A stretch of DNA of 64,000 nt from Terriglobia bacterium (GCA_965198225.1 CBDAOY010000007.1:480001-544000); one strand, 5' to 3'; counted from the stretch's first letter, positions 8,453 to 18,807 are shown. Made by a program: numbers and translations. The notes: generated from the letters alone by a model not told the origin.

Positions 8453-10381
8453 GTGCGCCAGGCATGGCGCGCAGCGCCATGAATTGGCGCTGGATAACCG
8501 GGGAGCGAAAGCGAACCGGGAAGTGACTAGGAGGTGAGAGTCCTCTGGGGGCCTTGATGACAGGAACCCTTAGCCGATGTGGCAACTGCGTCCGAGCAAT
8601 CGGGGGTGGGAAGGAAGCCATAGGCAAAACTCTGGCCCGAGGCACACGAACCGCATAAGAGGCAGGCGTCAGGTGGGCGAAGAGGCCAACAGATCGGAAG
8701 CCCAATGTCATCCGGACCGGGCGTTTGTAGATGCGGCGGGTAGATGGAGTGAAAGTCACGTGCCTTACCCTGGGAGATCCGTTGTCTTGCTGGGAACAGC
8801 TAGAGTCGTCGAGAGGCGGCGCGATGGGGCGGCGGAAGTCAGCCACGGTCATAGTAGCCCGGCGGAGCCGGGGTGAAGGACCACACATGGAGAAGAGACC
8901 GACACGGAGCGTTCGATGCGAAACGGAGACGCAGACAAGAGGGCTGAGAAGCCGGAACCGAACCGGAAGGATAGCGGCGGAACCGTGACAGATACGGATG
9001 AGGGGCGTCAAACTCGCACGGCACGTCACGAGCAAGTCGGGATCGAGGAGGGAATGCTACTGGAGAAGGTGCTGGAACGGGAAAACGTTCTGGCCGCATA
9101 CCGACGCGTCAAGGCCAATAGCGGGGCGGCGGGAATCGACGGGATGACCGTTGAGGACCTGATGCCGCACTGTCAGATGCACTGGACGCGAGTCCGTCAA
9201 GAACTGCTCGACGAGACGTACCGCCCCCAACCGGTGAGGAAAGTCGATATTCTGAAACCGGACGGAGGGATACGGACGCTGGGCATTCCGACCGTGATGG
9301 ACCGGATGATTCAACAGGCTCTGCTTCAGGTTCTCCAACCCCTATGGGATCGGACGTTCTCGGAAGATAGCTACGGCTACCGACCGGGACGAAGCGCCCA
9401 AAAGGCGGTGGTGCGTGCCCGGGAACACATTCGAGCCGGACATCGCTGGGTGGTGGACCTGGACATCGAGAAGTTCTTTGATCGCGTCAACCATGACGTG
9501 CTGATGGCACGCGTGGCGCGACGAATCAAAGACAAACGGGTGCTTCGATTGATTCGGCGCTATCTACAGGCCGGACTGATGGAGGGCGGGCTGGTGTCGC
9601 CCCGGGCAGAAGGGACGCCGCAAGGCGGCGGCCCCCTCTCGCCTCTGCTGTCGAACCTGTTGCTGGATGAACTGGATCGGGAGTTGGGGAAACGTGGGCA
9701 CCGCTTCGTTCGTTATGCCGACGATGTGAATGTGTACATTCGCTCCGAGGCAGCGGGTCAGCGGGTCATGGCATCGCTGGAATGTTTTCTGGACAGGAGA
9801 CTCCGGCTGAAGGTGAACCGGGCCAAAAGCGCCGTGGCGCGGCCGTGGAAGCGAAAGTTCCTCGGGTACAGTTTCACGGCGCATCGCGAGGCCAAACTGA
9901 AGGTTTCGGATTCGTCGTTAAAACGACTGAAAATGAGACTTCGGGAGATCACGCGAGCCGGGCGAGGCCGAAGCCTCGCTCGCACGATCGGAACACTCAT
10001 TCCCATCATTCGGGGTTGGGTGGCTTACTATCGCTTGGCGGAGGTTCGAGGCAGCTTCGAGCGACTGGATCAGTGGTTGCGCCGCCGGCTGCGGTCGATC
10101 TTGTGGCAGCAGTGGAAGCGGAACCGAACACGATTCCGGGAACTCACTCGACGCGGTATTGCGACCGCTCGGGCTCGGACCTCGGTTTCCAACGGGCGCG
10201 GGCCTTGGTGGAATGCGGGCGCCAGCCATATGAATCAGGCTGTCCCCGCCTCTGCCTTCCGTCGCCTGGGTTTGCAATCCTTCTCCGAGGTGCATTCCCG
10301 ACTTCAATCTTTATGAACCGCCGTATACGGAACCGTACGTACGGTGGTGTGGGAGGCGGGCGTTAAGCCCGCCTACCCGAT
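8453..10381 (+). mobile_element. Group II intron, class IIC
   Basis: 5' GTGCG right after a terminator; short domain V gaaccgccgtatacggaaccgtacgtacggtggtgt; domain VI hairpin ending ...cccgAT; RT ORF without endonuclease domain. Confidence 0.92.
8916..10316 (+). CDS. ltrA: Group II intron reverse transcriptase/maturase
   Basis: GAAGIDG, RTLGIPT, DLDIEKFFD, PQG, YADD, maturase X domain (RGWVAYY); alternative start at 9054. Confidence 0.93.
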   Translation: MRNGDADKRAEKPEPNRKDSGGTVTDTDEGRQTRTARHEQVGIEEGMLLEKVLERENVLAAYRRVKANSGAAGIDGMTVEDLMPHCQMHWTRVRQELLDETYRPQPVRKVDILKPDGGIRTLGIPTVMDRMIQQALLQVLQPLWDRTFSEDSYGYRPGRSAQKAVVRAREHIRAGHRWVVDLDIEKFFDRVNHDVLMARVARRIKDKRVLRLIRRYLQAGLMEGGLVSPRAEGTPQGGGPLSPLLSNLLLDELDRELGKRGHRFVRYADDVNVYIRSEAAGQRVMASLECFLDRRLRLKVNRAKSAVARPWKRKFLGYSFTAHREAKLKVSDSSLKRLKMRLREITRAGRGRSLARTIGTLIPIIRGWVAYYRLAEVRGSFERLDQWLRRRLRSILWQQWKRNRTRFRELTRRGIATARARTSVSNGRGPWWNAGASHMNQAVPASAFRRLGLQSFSEVHSRLQSL

Positions 10382-11743
10382 CTAGTCTGGCCGGGGTAAC
10401 GCTAGGGGTAACAATCCGTGGTTGGTAGGACGCGCCCTGTGGCACGCGAGCTACCCTCAAAAGGTGTGTAAATAGCATAGGCGGTGATTATCCTTCCGGG
10501 TGAAATAAAAACCCGGGCGGAAGAGCCCGAAAGGAAGGAGTCACACCGCCATGAGCAAGAAGAACATTGATCGAAGTGTGGAGTCAAGAGTCTGCTTTGA
10601 ACAGCTGGAAGAGTGGGTGCGAGAGCAGATCCAGTTTTACGTACAGGAACTGTTGGAGGATGAAGTGACACAGCTGCTGGGACGAAGAAAGAATGAGCGT
10701 CGCCGAGAAGTGGACGCGCCCGGTGGCTATCGCAACGGCTACGGTAAGGAGCGGCGACTGACGCTGAGTTGCGGAACGATCAAGCTGCGGCGTCCCCGAG
10801 TGCGGGATCTGGAAGAGCGTTTTGAGAGCCGGGTCTTGCCGCTGTTTGCCAAGCGGACGCAAGAGGTACGAGACTTGATTCCAGAACTCTATTTGCATGG
10901 TCTGGCCGAGGGGGATTTCGATCTGGCCTTAAGAGGGCTTTTAGGGGAAGAAGCGCCGCTGTCCCCCAGCACCGTAGCCCGGTTGAAGGAGAAGTGGCAG
11001 GGAGAAATGGAGGCCTGGCAAAGCCGTCGGCTGGACGATCTGGAAGTGGTGTATCTGTGGGCAGACGGTGTGTACATCAAAGCAGGGCTGGAGAAGGAAA
11101 AGGCCGTGATCCTGGTAGTGATCGCCGCTTTAAGTGATGGCACTAAAGTGGTGGTGTCGGTCAGTAGTGGTTATCGAGAATCGACCCAGAGCTGGTCCGA
11201 AGTGCTGAGGGATCTCAAAGAGCGGGGGATGAACCCACCGAGACTGGTGATGGCTGACGGGCATCTGGGGATCTGGGGAGCGTTGCGCAACGTTTTCCCA
11301 GAAGCCGACGAGCAGAGATGCTGGAATCATCGCATCGTCAACTTGCTGGCTAAGATCCCCAAGGGTCGGCACAAAGCGGCGTTGTTGATGTTGCGGCAGA
11401 TCCCTTATGCAGAAACACGGCAGGAAGCCGAGCAAGTCAAAGGACGATTCCAACATTGGTGTGGCAAGAGAGGACTGGAGGCTGCGGCTGATCTGATCGA
11501 CCAGGACTGGGATCGGATGGTGACGTTTTACAACTATCCCAAACAGCAGTGGCAACATCTGCGGACTACCAATCCAGTGGAGTCTCCCTTCTCTGCTCTG
11601 CGACTGCGAACCGATGCCTCTCGAAGGTTCAAGAAAGTGGCCAACGCACGGGCTGTCATCTGGACCTCAGTGGTCACTTCAAAACCGGCCAACGATGGTC
11701 ACTTCAAAACCGGCCAACGGGGATGGCCCGGGACGGTGTTGTT

Positions 11744-12499
11744 CTACCTCTTTGGGACTGGACTCGGCAAGCCCGTTTTAGTCCTCCAACTCCGAGGGCC
11801 GCATTTGAGGATGTGGCCGTGATGGAGCAGCCGGTCCAGCATGGCTGTGACGGCGGCGCTATCACCCAGTAGTTTTCCCCAGTCTTGGACGGGTCGATTC
11901 GATGTCAGTAACGTACTGGTCCGTTCATAGCGTCGCATCACGATCTCGAGGAGTTCCTCTGCTGCAGTGGGAGGAAGCTTCCGCATCCCCAGATCGTCGA
12001 TGATCAGCAGCGGGACCGTCGCCAAAGCTTCCATGCACTCCTTTCGGGTACCGTCAATGGTGGCTTCGGCGATGTCGTCGAGAAGCGCATGAGTTTCACG
12101 GTAGACGACCCGATAGCCCTGCTCAATGGCAGCCAAGCCGATGGCCTGAGCCAGATGACTCTTGCCGGTGCCAGGAGGACCGAGAAACAAGGCATCGTCG
12201 TGCCTGGAGATGAAGGCGCCCGTCGCCAGGTCGAAGACCAGACTACGATTCATCTTCTTGTTGAAAGTAAAGTCGAAGGAGTCGAGCGTCTTCTGGGGAT
12301 CGCGGAACCGGGCCTGTTTCCGACGCCGTTCCAACAACCGGATGCTGCGACGGTCCAGTTCATCCGAGACCAGACGAGAGACCAAGTCGATCGGCGCCAT
12401 GGCTTCGGTCTGGGCCTGGTGGAGGCGTGTTTCCAACACCTCGGCAATGCCGCCGAGCCGGAGTTGTCGGAGAGCCCGCTGGAGTTCGATCAGATTCAT
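11744..12499 (-). CDS. istB: IS21 helper AAA+ ATPase
   Basis: GPPGTGKSHLA, LLIIDDLG, LTSN, AMLDRLLHH. Confidence 0.95.
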   Translation of the reverse strand: MNLIELQRALRQLRLGGIAEVLETRLHQAQTEAMAPIDLVSRLVSDELDRRSIRLLERRRKQARFRDPQKTLDSFDFTFNKKMNRSLVFDLATGAFISRHDDALFLGPPGTGKSHLAQAIGLAAIEQGYRVVYRETHALLDDIAEATIDGTRKECMEALATVPLLIIDDLGMRKLPPTAAEELLEIVMRRYERTSTLLTSNRPVQDWGKLLGDSAAVTAMLDRLLHHGHILKCGPRSWRTKTGLPSPVPKR

Positions 12500-14136
12500 G
12501 AGTGTTCCTGCTCCTGGATTTTGAGGTTGATGAGATCGCGATACTGAGTCAGTTCGCGAATGAGAGGATCGACCTGACGCAGGGCGAGTGGAGGTCGCCG
12601 CTCCAGATAGCGGCGGACGAAACGATACTCGTAGACGTGGAGTTCCAGTGCCGCAGCCGAAGCATCCTCCACGGCGGAGACACCGTACTTCTTGGCCAGG
12701 GAGAGCACACCCAGGATGCGGCGGACCGCAGCTTCCCCTTGTCGGCGGTGAATGGCGTCACAGAGTGTGCCGATGTGGGTGCCAGCGCGGCGGGCTCGGG
12801 CCAGCAGTTGCACCGTCGTTAACGGGGTTTTCTTCGGGTTGTCTTCAGCACGGACACGGTATCCACCCCGCTTCTGGCGGACATGCTCGCGGAGGAGTGG
12901 ATAGGTGTTTGGGTCCAGGATCCGGACGTGAAGCGTGTCCCACTGGACCTTGACACCCCGTCCGATCCAGCCCGGCGGTACACTGTAATAGGCGGCTTCG
13001 ACTTCGACGCAACCGTCGAGATGGACGACACGTTCACCGAATTGGTAATAGCGAAACGGTTCGATCGGCAGCGGCTTAAGAGATGGTTTCTCTTCGGCGA
13101 ACATGGCCGCCACCTGCCGCTTGGTCGTGCCGTGGATGCGGGTGTCGGCCCATCGGACTTCCCAGCGATCCAGATACCCCTGGGCCTGGTCGAGGCTCTC
13201 GAAGCGCTGTCCCTTCAATGGGGTCTTCTGGGCGTGCCCGACACCGGATTCGACTTTGCCTTTGCGGTCTGGATCGCGCACCCGGCATGGCATGGCCACC
13301 ACGCCGTAATGGGTCAGGACATCTCGAAACAACGGATTCAGGGTGGGGTCGTAATGGTCCGGGACGATCACGCCTTCGCGCAGGTTATCCAGCACGATGA
13401 GGCGGGGAGTGCCGCCGAGTCGGCGGAACGCGGTCTCGTGCAACTGGGCCCAGATGCGGGAACTGGACTTGAACGTCAGCAGCCGGACCGATTTGCGGCT
13501 GTAGCCCAACGTCATCACGAACAGCCGCGTCCGTCGGTACTTGCCCGTCTTCGGATCCCGGACCATCGGTCCGGTCCCGTAGTCGACCTGCGCTTCCTCT
13601 CCAGCTCCGGTCTGGATGATTCCGACCGCTTCCGGGGATCGCACTCCCCGGAGTTTGCGAACGAAACGCTTGACCGATTCGTAGCTGCCGACAAAACCGT
13701 GATCCGTGACCAGGTCCTGCCAGATCGCCATCGCGTTGCGGCCACGCTCCAGCGCCTGTTGGATGGTCTCCCGGTACGGCTCGCAGGAACTGCCCGACGG
13801 TGGGCTTGGAGGGGGAGCCGACGACTCTGCCGAGACCGGATTCTCGGCCTCCGGGTCGGTGGTCACTTCGTTGGCCGGTTTTGAAGTATCGGAACCGCCA
13901 AACCCCTCAACGACACCATTTACGCCGTCCGGGTCGGTGGTCACCTCGTTGGCCGGTTTTGCCGGTCGCCGGCCCCAACTCCCGGGCGGCCGAATGGGGA
14001 TTCCGGCCGCTCTCAGATACGCACTGGCCGTCTCACGACGCACGCCGGTGGTCTGTTCGATCCGACGCAGCGGCCATCCAAGCCGCCCCAATGCAACAAC
14101 TTGCTCTCTCTTTTCTGTGCTCAAGACATTGCTCAT
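12496..14136 (-). CDS. istA: IS21 DDE transposase
   Basis: EAQVD, LGYSR, VLDN, KGKVESGV, RIHGTT. Confidence 0.95.
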   Translation of the reverse strand: MSNVLSTEKREQVVALGRLGWPLRRIEQTTGVRRETASAYLRAAGIPIRPPGSWGRRPAKPANEVTTDPDGVNGVVEGFGGSDTSKPANEVTTDPEAENPVSAESSAPPPSPPSGSSCEPYRETIQQALERGRNAMAIWQDLVTDHGFVGSYESVKRFVRKLRGVRSPEAVGIIQTGAGEEAQVDYGTGPMVRDPKTGKYRRTRLFVMTLGYSRKSVRLLTFKSSSRIWAQLHETAFRRLGGTPRLIVLDNLREGVIVPDHYDPTLNPLFRDVLTHYGVVAMPCRVRDPDRKGKVESGVGHAQKTPLKGQRFESLDQAQGYLDRWEVRWADTRIHGTTKRQVAAMFAEEKPSLKPLPIEPFRYYQFGERVVHLDGCVEVEAAYYSVPPGWIGRGVKVQWDTLHVRILDPNTYPLLREHVRQKRGGYRVRAEDNPKKTPLTTVQLLARARRAGTHIGTLCDAIHRRQGEAAVRRILGVLSLAKKYGVSAVEDASAAALELHVYEYRFVRRYLERRPPLALRQVDPLIRELTQYRDLINLKIQEQEHS

Positions 14137-14466
14137 GCCGACGGAGCCTGTTTCGGCTTCCCGTCGGTGTCAATGTCCCGGGCTTATCTATGTTCGTTGG
14201 CCGGTTTTCAGGTGACCACCATTGGCCGGTTTTGGGTGACCGCCGAGGATCTGGAAGATGCTGCTGGTCGCTGAGAAAAGATTTCGCCGTTTGAAGGCTC
14301 CGCACTTGATGAAGGATGTCTACCAAGGCGCCCAATATGTCAATGGAGTTCCAGTCAACCAAGTCACCGAGGAGAAAGCCGCCTGATGTCTATTTACACA
14401 CTTATTGACGGAACCTCTGGCACGCCATGGCACCTGTCTACAAAGCAGTCTTCTTGAACACGGCCG

Positions 14467-15261
14467 GGCATTGTCAACTTGAGCCTATGACTGCCAAACT
14501 GGCCCTATGACATCGACCCAATCCCTCTATTACCGGTACCGTTATCCACGCGAAATCATCAGTCATGCCGTCTGGCTATATCACAGATTCGGTATCAGCT
14601 TCCGAGACGTGGAAGATCTGCTCGCCGAACGGGGAGTCGTCGTGTCCTACGAGACAATCCGTCGGTGGTGTGCGAAGTTCGGTCTCGAATATGTCAGGCG
14701 TCTCAAACGACAACAGGGTCGACTCGGAGATACATGGTTTCTGGACGAAGTCTTCGCGACGATCAACGGCGAACGGCAATATCTTTGGCGTGCGGTTGAT
14801 CAAGACGGTGATGTGATCGACATCCTCGTCCAGTCCCGGCGTAACCGTCGCGCGGCGGAGCGCTTCTTTCTCAAGCTCTTGAAGGGTCAGGCGAGGGTTC
14901 CGTTTCGCTTGGTCACCGACAAGTTGAAGAGTTACGGCGCGGCGCTCCGCACGATCATGCCCTCGGTAAATCATGACACCGAACGATACGCGAACAATCG
15001 AGCGGAAGTCTCACACCAACCGACCCGACAACGGGAGCGGCAAATGAGGAAGTTCAAGTCGCCACGACAAGCTCAACTCTTTCTTTTCGTGCATGGCATA
15101 GTTCTGAATCTTTTCCGACTGTCCAGGCACAGACTGAAGGCGGTTCATCACCGTATGCTGCGAGCGCGTTCATTTGCGACTTGGGAAGCGGTTACCGTGG
15201 GTTGATCGACCCGCGCCGATCCGCCACACGTTCGACCTTCGGACGCCAAGTTGACAGAACG
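14467..15261 (+). mobile_element. IS6-family element
   Basis: TIRs ggcattgtcaactt / aagttgacagaac; no TSD visible. Confidence 0.88.
14507..15205 (+). CDS. IS6-family transposase
   Basis: RYPREII, WFLDEV, YLWRAVDQDG, VTDKL, NNRAEVSHQPTR. Confidence 0.93.
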   Translation: MTSTQSLYYRYRYPREIISHAVWLYHRFGISFRDVEDLLAERGVVVSYETIRRWCAKFGLEYVRRLKRQQGRLGDTWFLDEVFATINGERQYLWRAVDQDGDVIDILVQSRRNRRAAERFFLKLLKGQARVPFRLVTDKLKSYGAALRTIMPSVNHDTERYANNRAEVSHQPTRQRERQMRKFKSPRQAQLFLFVHGIVLNLFRLSRHRLKAVHHRMLRARSFATWEAVTVG

Positions 15262-16187
15262 GCTACGACGGCCTAGAGTTTGTGTCAGATGCCACCAGTA
15301 CGATCTCGAACTTGTCTACGGTTGCGTCGTTCCTCAACAACACGAACAGCCACATCTTCTTCGGCACTGCTGCCAGCATCGACACCTTCGACGATTTTGT
15401 GGTGAACGTTTTCGAACCCGCCGATCCGACGCCGCCGGAAATTAACGTTCCGGACGATTTCAGCGTGGAAGCGACCGGTCCTACAGGAGCCATTGTCACC
15501 TATACGGTGTCGGCAACAGACGTCGGAGATGGTGGTCCTGTTGATGTAGACTGCAATCCCGCTTCTGGTACTACGTTTGCCCTCGGTCCGACCACTGTCG
15601 ACTGTTCGGCCAGCGATTCCTCCGAGAACGAAGCCACGGCTTCGTTTACGGTGACCGTGGCAGATACAACTGCGCCGGATGTTTCTGTCCCGGCGAATAT
15701 CCAGGTCGACGCGATCTTCGGAAGCACGACCAGGGCTGTAGAGTTCACGGTTACGGCCACCGATCCTCAGGGCGTGGATCCTGCTCCTGTCATAACCTGT
15801 TCTCACGCTTCTGGTTTTGCGTTTGCCATTGGCACGACTACGGTCACCTGCTCGGCAACCGACTTTAGCGGGAATACGTCGGCCGACGCATCGTTCACCG
15901 TGACGGTCCGCAGCGTGGACCAGCAGGTGGATGCCCTGAGTGCAGCCGTAAGCGGTCTCACAACCGTCGACGGCAAGACGAAACTGAAACTTATCGGGAC
16001 CCTCAACGATGTCAAGACGTTCCTCGCGAAGTCGAATGCCCGGGCCGCCAAGAAATCCGCCAGGGGGAAACTCGGCGCGTTCGTGAATCAGGTGAGAGCT
16101 CTGAGGAACTCGCGCCGAATATCGCAGGCCGATGCGGACGTCTTGACCAACGCCGCGATTCGCATCAGCGCCAACCTCGGAAACTAA
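15261..16187 (+). pseudogene. HYR-domain extracellular protein, N-terminus truncated by IS6
   Basis: Two HYR repeats (FALGPTTVDCSASD, FAIGTTTVTCSATD) and a helical C-terminal domain; frame is open right up to the IS6 end, no signal peptide. Confidence 0.72.
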
Positions 16188-16522
16188 TAGAGGTAAGCAG
16201 AGCAAGCATCATCGGCGTCCGCTCTAATCGTCGTCGATAAAGATACGGCCCGTTTCGGCATCGTGCCGGGACGGGCTGTTTCTTTGTCTTGCTCGTCGTC
16301 TCTCCTACTCTTCTTCTACAATCGTCAGTGGTTCGTTGAGAAGACCGACATAGAACACGACGAGGTCGACCGGCTGGGATCCTTCGTTGATCCCACGGTC
16401 CAGGTGTTCACGGTCTCGACCCTCGTGTCCCCGACCGAAACCTCAAAGCGATCGCCGTTCCGGGTGATGACGGTCAGGTTGCCGCTCTTAGAAAGTTCAC
16501 TGGGAAGTCCAGGTTGGTTGAT

Positions 16523-17191
16523 TCAGTCGAACAGGGTCGGGGCTTCAACTACCTTCAGTGGCTCGATCAAGTCAGGACCAAGAGTAATGGGTCGATTCAC
16601 CGCCTTCGACACCCGGTAGGCTGTCATCTCAGCGGATGGGTGAGGATCCAGCAGCTGCAGTCTAGCCCCGACAGGCAGGCCAGGATCAAGCCATTGTTCG
16701 TGTTCGTCCTCGGCCAGAATTACCGGCATCCGGTCGTGAATCGGGATGACGATTCTATTCGGCCTCGTGGTGATGATCGTATAGGCAGGCTGCCCGTCGA
16801 TTTCCTGCCAGAGACCGGCGAACGCAAAAGGTTGACCGTCTCGTAGCGTGATGCGGAACGGCAACTTGCCCGAGGGCGACGCCAGCCACTCGTAGAAACC
16901 GTCCGCAATGACCAGACACCGGCGATTGAGGAAGGCATCTTTGAAGGCCGGCTTCTGATTGACCGTCTCCGCGCGGGCGTTGATCAGCAGGCGACTCTTT
17001 GCAGCCACCCATTCCGGTTTGAACCCCCACTTCGCCGCTCGCACCCGACCCGGTTCTCGATCAAGAACCACAGGAAGTTTGTCGGTGGGACTGGCCTTGT
17101 AGACGGGCAGCCGCACCTCCGACCATCCGATCAGGCTCTGGAAGCAGCCCAGATCCCGCATGTGTTTCGCGATGGAATACGCCCCGCACAT
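16523..17191 (-). CDS. SOS response-associated peptidase (SRAP/YedK family)
   Basis: N-terminal MCG, INARAET, RCLVIADGFYEW, IHDRMPVIL. Confidence 0.93.
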   Translation of the reverse strand: MCGAYSIAKHMRDLGCFQSLIGWSEVRLPVYKASPTDKLPVVLDREPGRVRAAKWGFKPEWVAAKSRLLINARAETVNQKPAFKDAFLNRRCLVIADGFYEWLASPSGKLPFRITLRDGQPFAFAGLWQEIDGQPAYTIITTRPNRIVIPIHDRMPVILAEDEHEQWLDPGLPVGARLQLLDPHPSAEMTAYRVSKAVNRPITLGPDLIEPLKVVEAPTLFD

Positions 17192-17370
17192 GGCTTTCGA
17201 CTATAGCAAAGTGTGCCAGTTTGCAGGTTCGAGGCCTATCTGAGGAGCTTTTCTTCGTCCACCTGCCCCGAGGTGTAAACCTGAAACCGCCGTCTGATTA
17301 TAATGGTATCAATGGAAGAACATTCGGTTCATCAGGATCCAAGCTCTGCTGTTCGACTGAGGAGGTTTCT

Positions 17371-18807
17371 ATGAAATCCAGAACCCTACTGTCTCTGGCC
17401 TTCATCGTCGCGGCCAGCCACACCGTTCTTGCGCAATCGCCCACCTCTCGAAGCGACGATTCGGCAACGGCCAAAGTGGATCAGGTGTTTGCGCAGTGGG
17501 ACAAGACGATCAGTCCCGGATGCGCGCTGGGAATCATCGAGGATGGCGAGATGACGTACAAGCGGGGATACGGGATGGCGAATCTCGACTATGGCATCCC
17601 CATTTCGACGTCGTCGGTGTTCTACATCGGTTCGGTTTCCAAGCAATTTGCAGCCGCCTCCGTCGCATTGCTCGCGGCACAGGACAAGCTCTCGCTCGAT
17701 GACGACATCCGCCAGTATCTTCCGGAGATTCCCGATTACGGGACACCGATCAACATTCGTCACCTCATCCATCACGTGAGCGGTCTGCGTGACTTCTGGA
17801 CGCTCGTCGCGCTTGCAGGCCTCCCGACGGACAACGTTTATACGGATGAAGACGTATTGGAGTTTGCATCACGTCAGAAGGGTCTCAACTTCACGCCGGG
17901 CGAAGAGTATCTCTACAGCAACACGAACTACTTGCTACTGGCGATGATAGTGAAGCGGGTCAGCGGCCAGTCGCTACGCGAGTACGCCGACGCGAATCTG
18001 TTTGTACCACTCGGGATGGATCAAACTCTTTTCAACGACGATCACACACGGATCGTGAAAAACCGCGTGTCGGGCTATGCGCCGAGAGAAGGCGGTGGGT
18101 TCGCCCTCAGCATGGTGAACAACGATCTGGTAGGACAGGGCGGCCTCTGGACGACCGTCGAAGACCTTGCGCACTGGGATCAGAATTTCTATCTGGCGGA
18201 CGTCGGAGGCTCGGCCTTCATCGAGCAGTTGCTGACGCGTGGAGCGTTGACAAACGGGGAGGAGCTCGATTACGCATTCGGATTGAACGTGACCGAATAC
18301 GAAGGGAAGCGCATGGTGACTCACGGCGGAGCAATGGGAGGTTATCGGGCCGCGCTGACCCGCTTCCCTGATGACCGGTTTTCCGTGGCTCTCCTGTGCA
18401 ATTTATCGACGACAAACCCATCGAGGCTTGCGCTGAGGATCGCCGACCTTTATCTGTTTGGAAAGGATCCTTCGGATGGATCACCGCCTTCGCCGACGAC
18501 GAATGCTGGTGACGGGGTGACAGAAGAGCAGGAAAACCCGTTTGCGCTTACCGAGGAAGAGCGTTCCACCTATGCGGGCGATTACTTCAGCGACGAACTC
18601 CGTACCACGTATCGCATCGCCGTGAAGGCCGGTGCCTTGTATTTCACGCACCGAAACGCGCTGACAACCACTTTGGAACCGACCGAGCGTGATGAATTCC
18701 GCAGTGGACCCGCAACCCTCAAGTTTGAACATGGTCCGGGCGGACGCATTTCAGGGTTCATTCTTGACGCAGGGAGGGTAAGAAACCTGCGGTTTGTTCG
18801 GCAGTAA
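17371..18807 (+). CDS. Serine hydrolase, beta-lactamase class C-like, secreted
   Basis: Signal peptide, GSVSKQF (SxxK), YSNTNY, HGG. Confidence 0.88.
   Translation: MKSRTLLSLAFIVAASHTVLAQSPTSRSDDSATAKVDQVFAQWDKTISPGCALGIIEDGEMTYKRGYGMANLDYGIPISTSSVFYIGSVSKQFAAASVALLAAQDKLSLDDDIRQYLPEIPDYGTPINIRHLIHHVSGLRDFWTLVALAGLPTDNVYTDEDVLEFASRQKGLNFTPGEEYLYSNTNYLLLAMIVKRVSGQSLREYADANLFVPLGMDQTLFNDDHTRIVKNRVSGYAPREGGGFALSMVNNDLVGQGGLWTTVEDLAHWDQNFYLADVGGSAFIEQLLTRGALTNGEELDYAFGLNVTEYEGKRMVTHGGAMGGYRAALTRFPDDRFSVALLCNLSTTNPSRLALRIADLYLFGKDPSDGSPPSPTTNAGDGVTEEQENPFALTEEERSTYAGDYFSDELRTTYRIAVKAGALYFTHRNALTTTLEPTERDEFRSGPATLKFEHGPGGRISGFILDAGRVRNLRFVRQ

Larger units (their letters stand above)
11665..14248 (-). 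mobile_element. IS21-family element (istA-istB)
   Basis: Ends cctcagtggtcac / gtgaccgccgagg with repeated ggtcac-n3-aaaaccggcca motifs; 7-bp TSD atctgga at 11658-11664 and 14249-14255. Confidence 0.92.
10551..14386 (+). pseudogene. IS256 transposase split by insertion
   Basis: RNGY, YLWADG, QRCWNH, RTTNPVES motifs. Removing 11665-14255 restores ...AVIW|KMLLVAEKRFRRL...EEKAA* (414 aa). Confidence 0.9.
10448..14417 (+). mobile_element. IS256-family element, interrupted by an IS21-family element
   Basis: Imperfect TIRs gagctaccctcaaaaggtgtgtaaatag / ctatttacacacttattgacggaacctc; 8-bp TSD tggcacgc at 10440-10447 and 14418-14425. Confidence 0.92.

Noticed and set aside
8916-10316. RT as a retron, DGR or defence RT
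   Set aside because: It has a maturase domain and sits inside clear group IIC intron boundaries (GTGCG, domains V and VI).
11665-11822. C-terminus of the 423-aa ORF at 10551-11822
   Set aside because: Read-through into the IS21 end; the true IS256 C-terminus is at 14256-14386.
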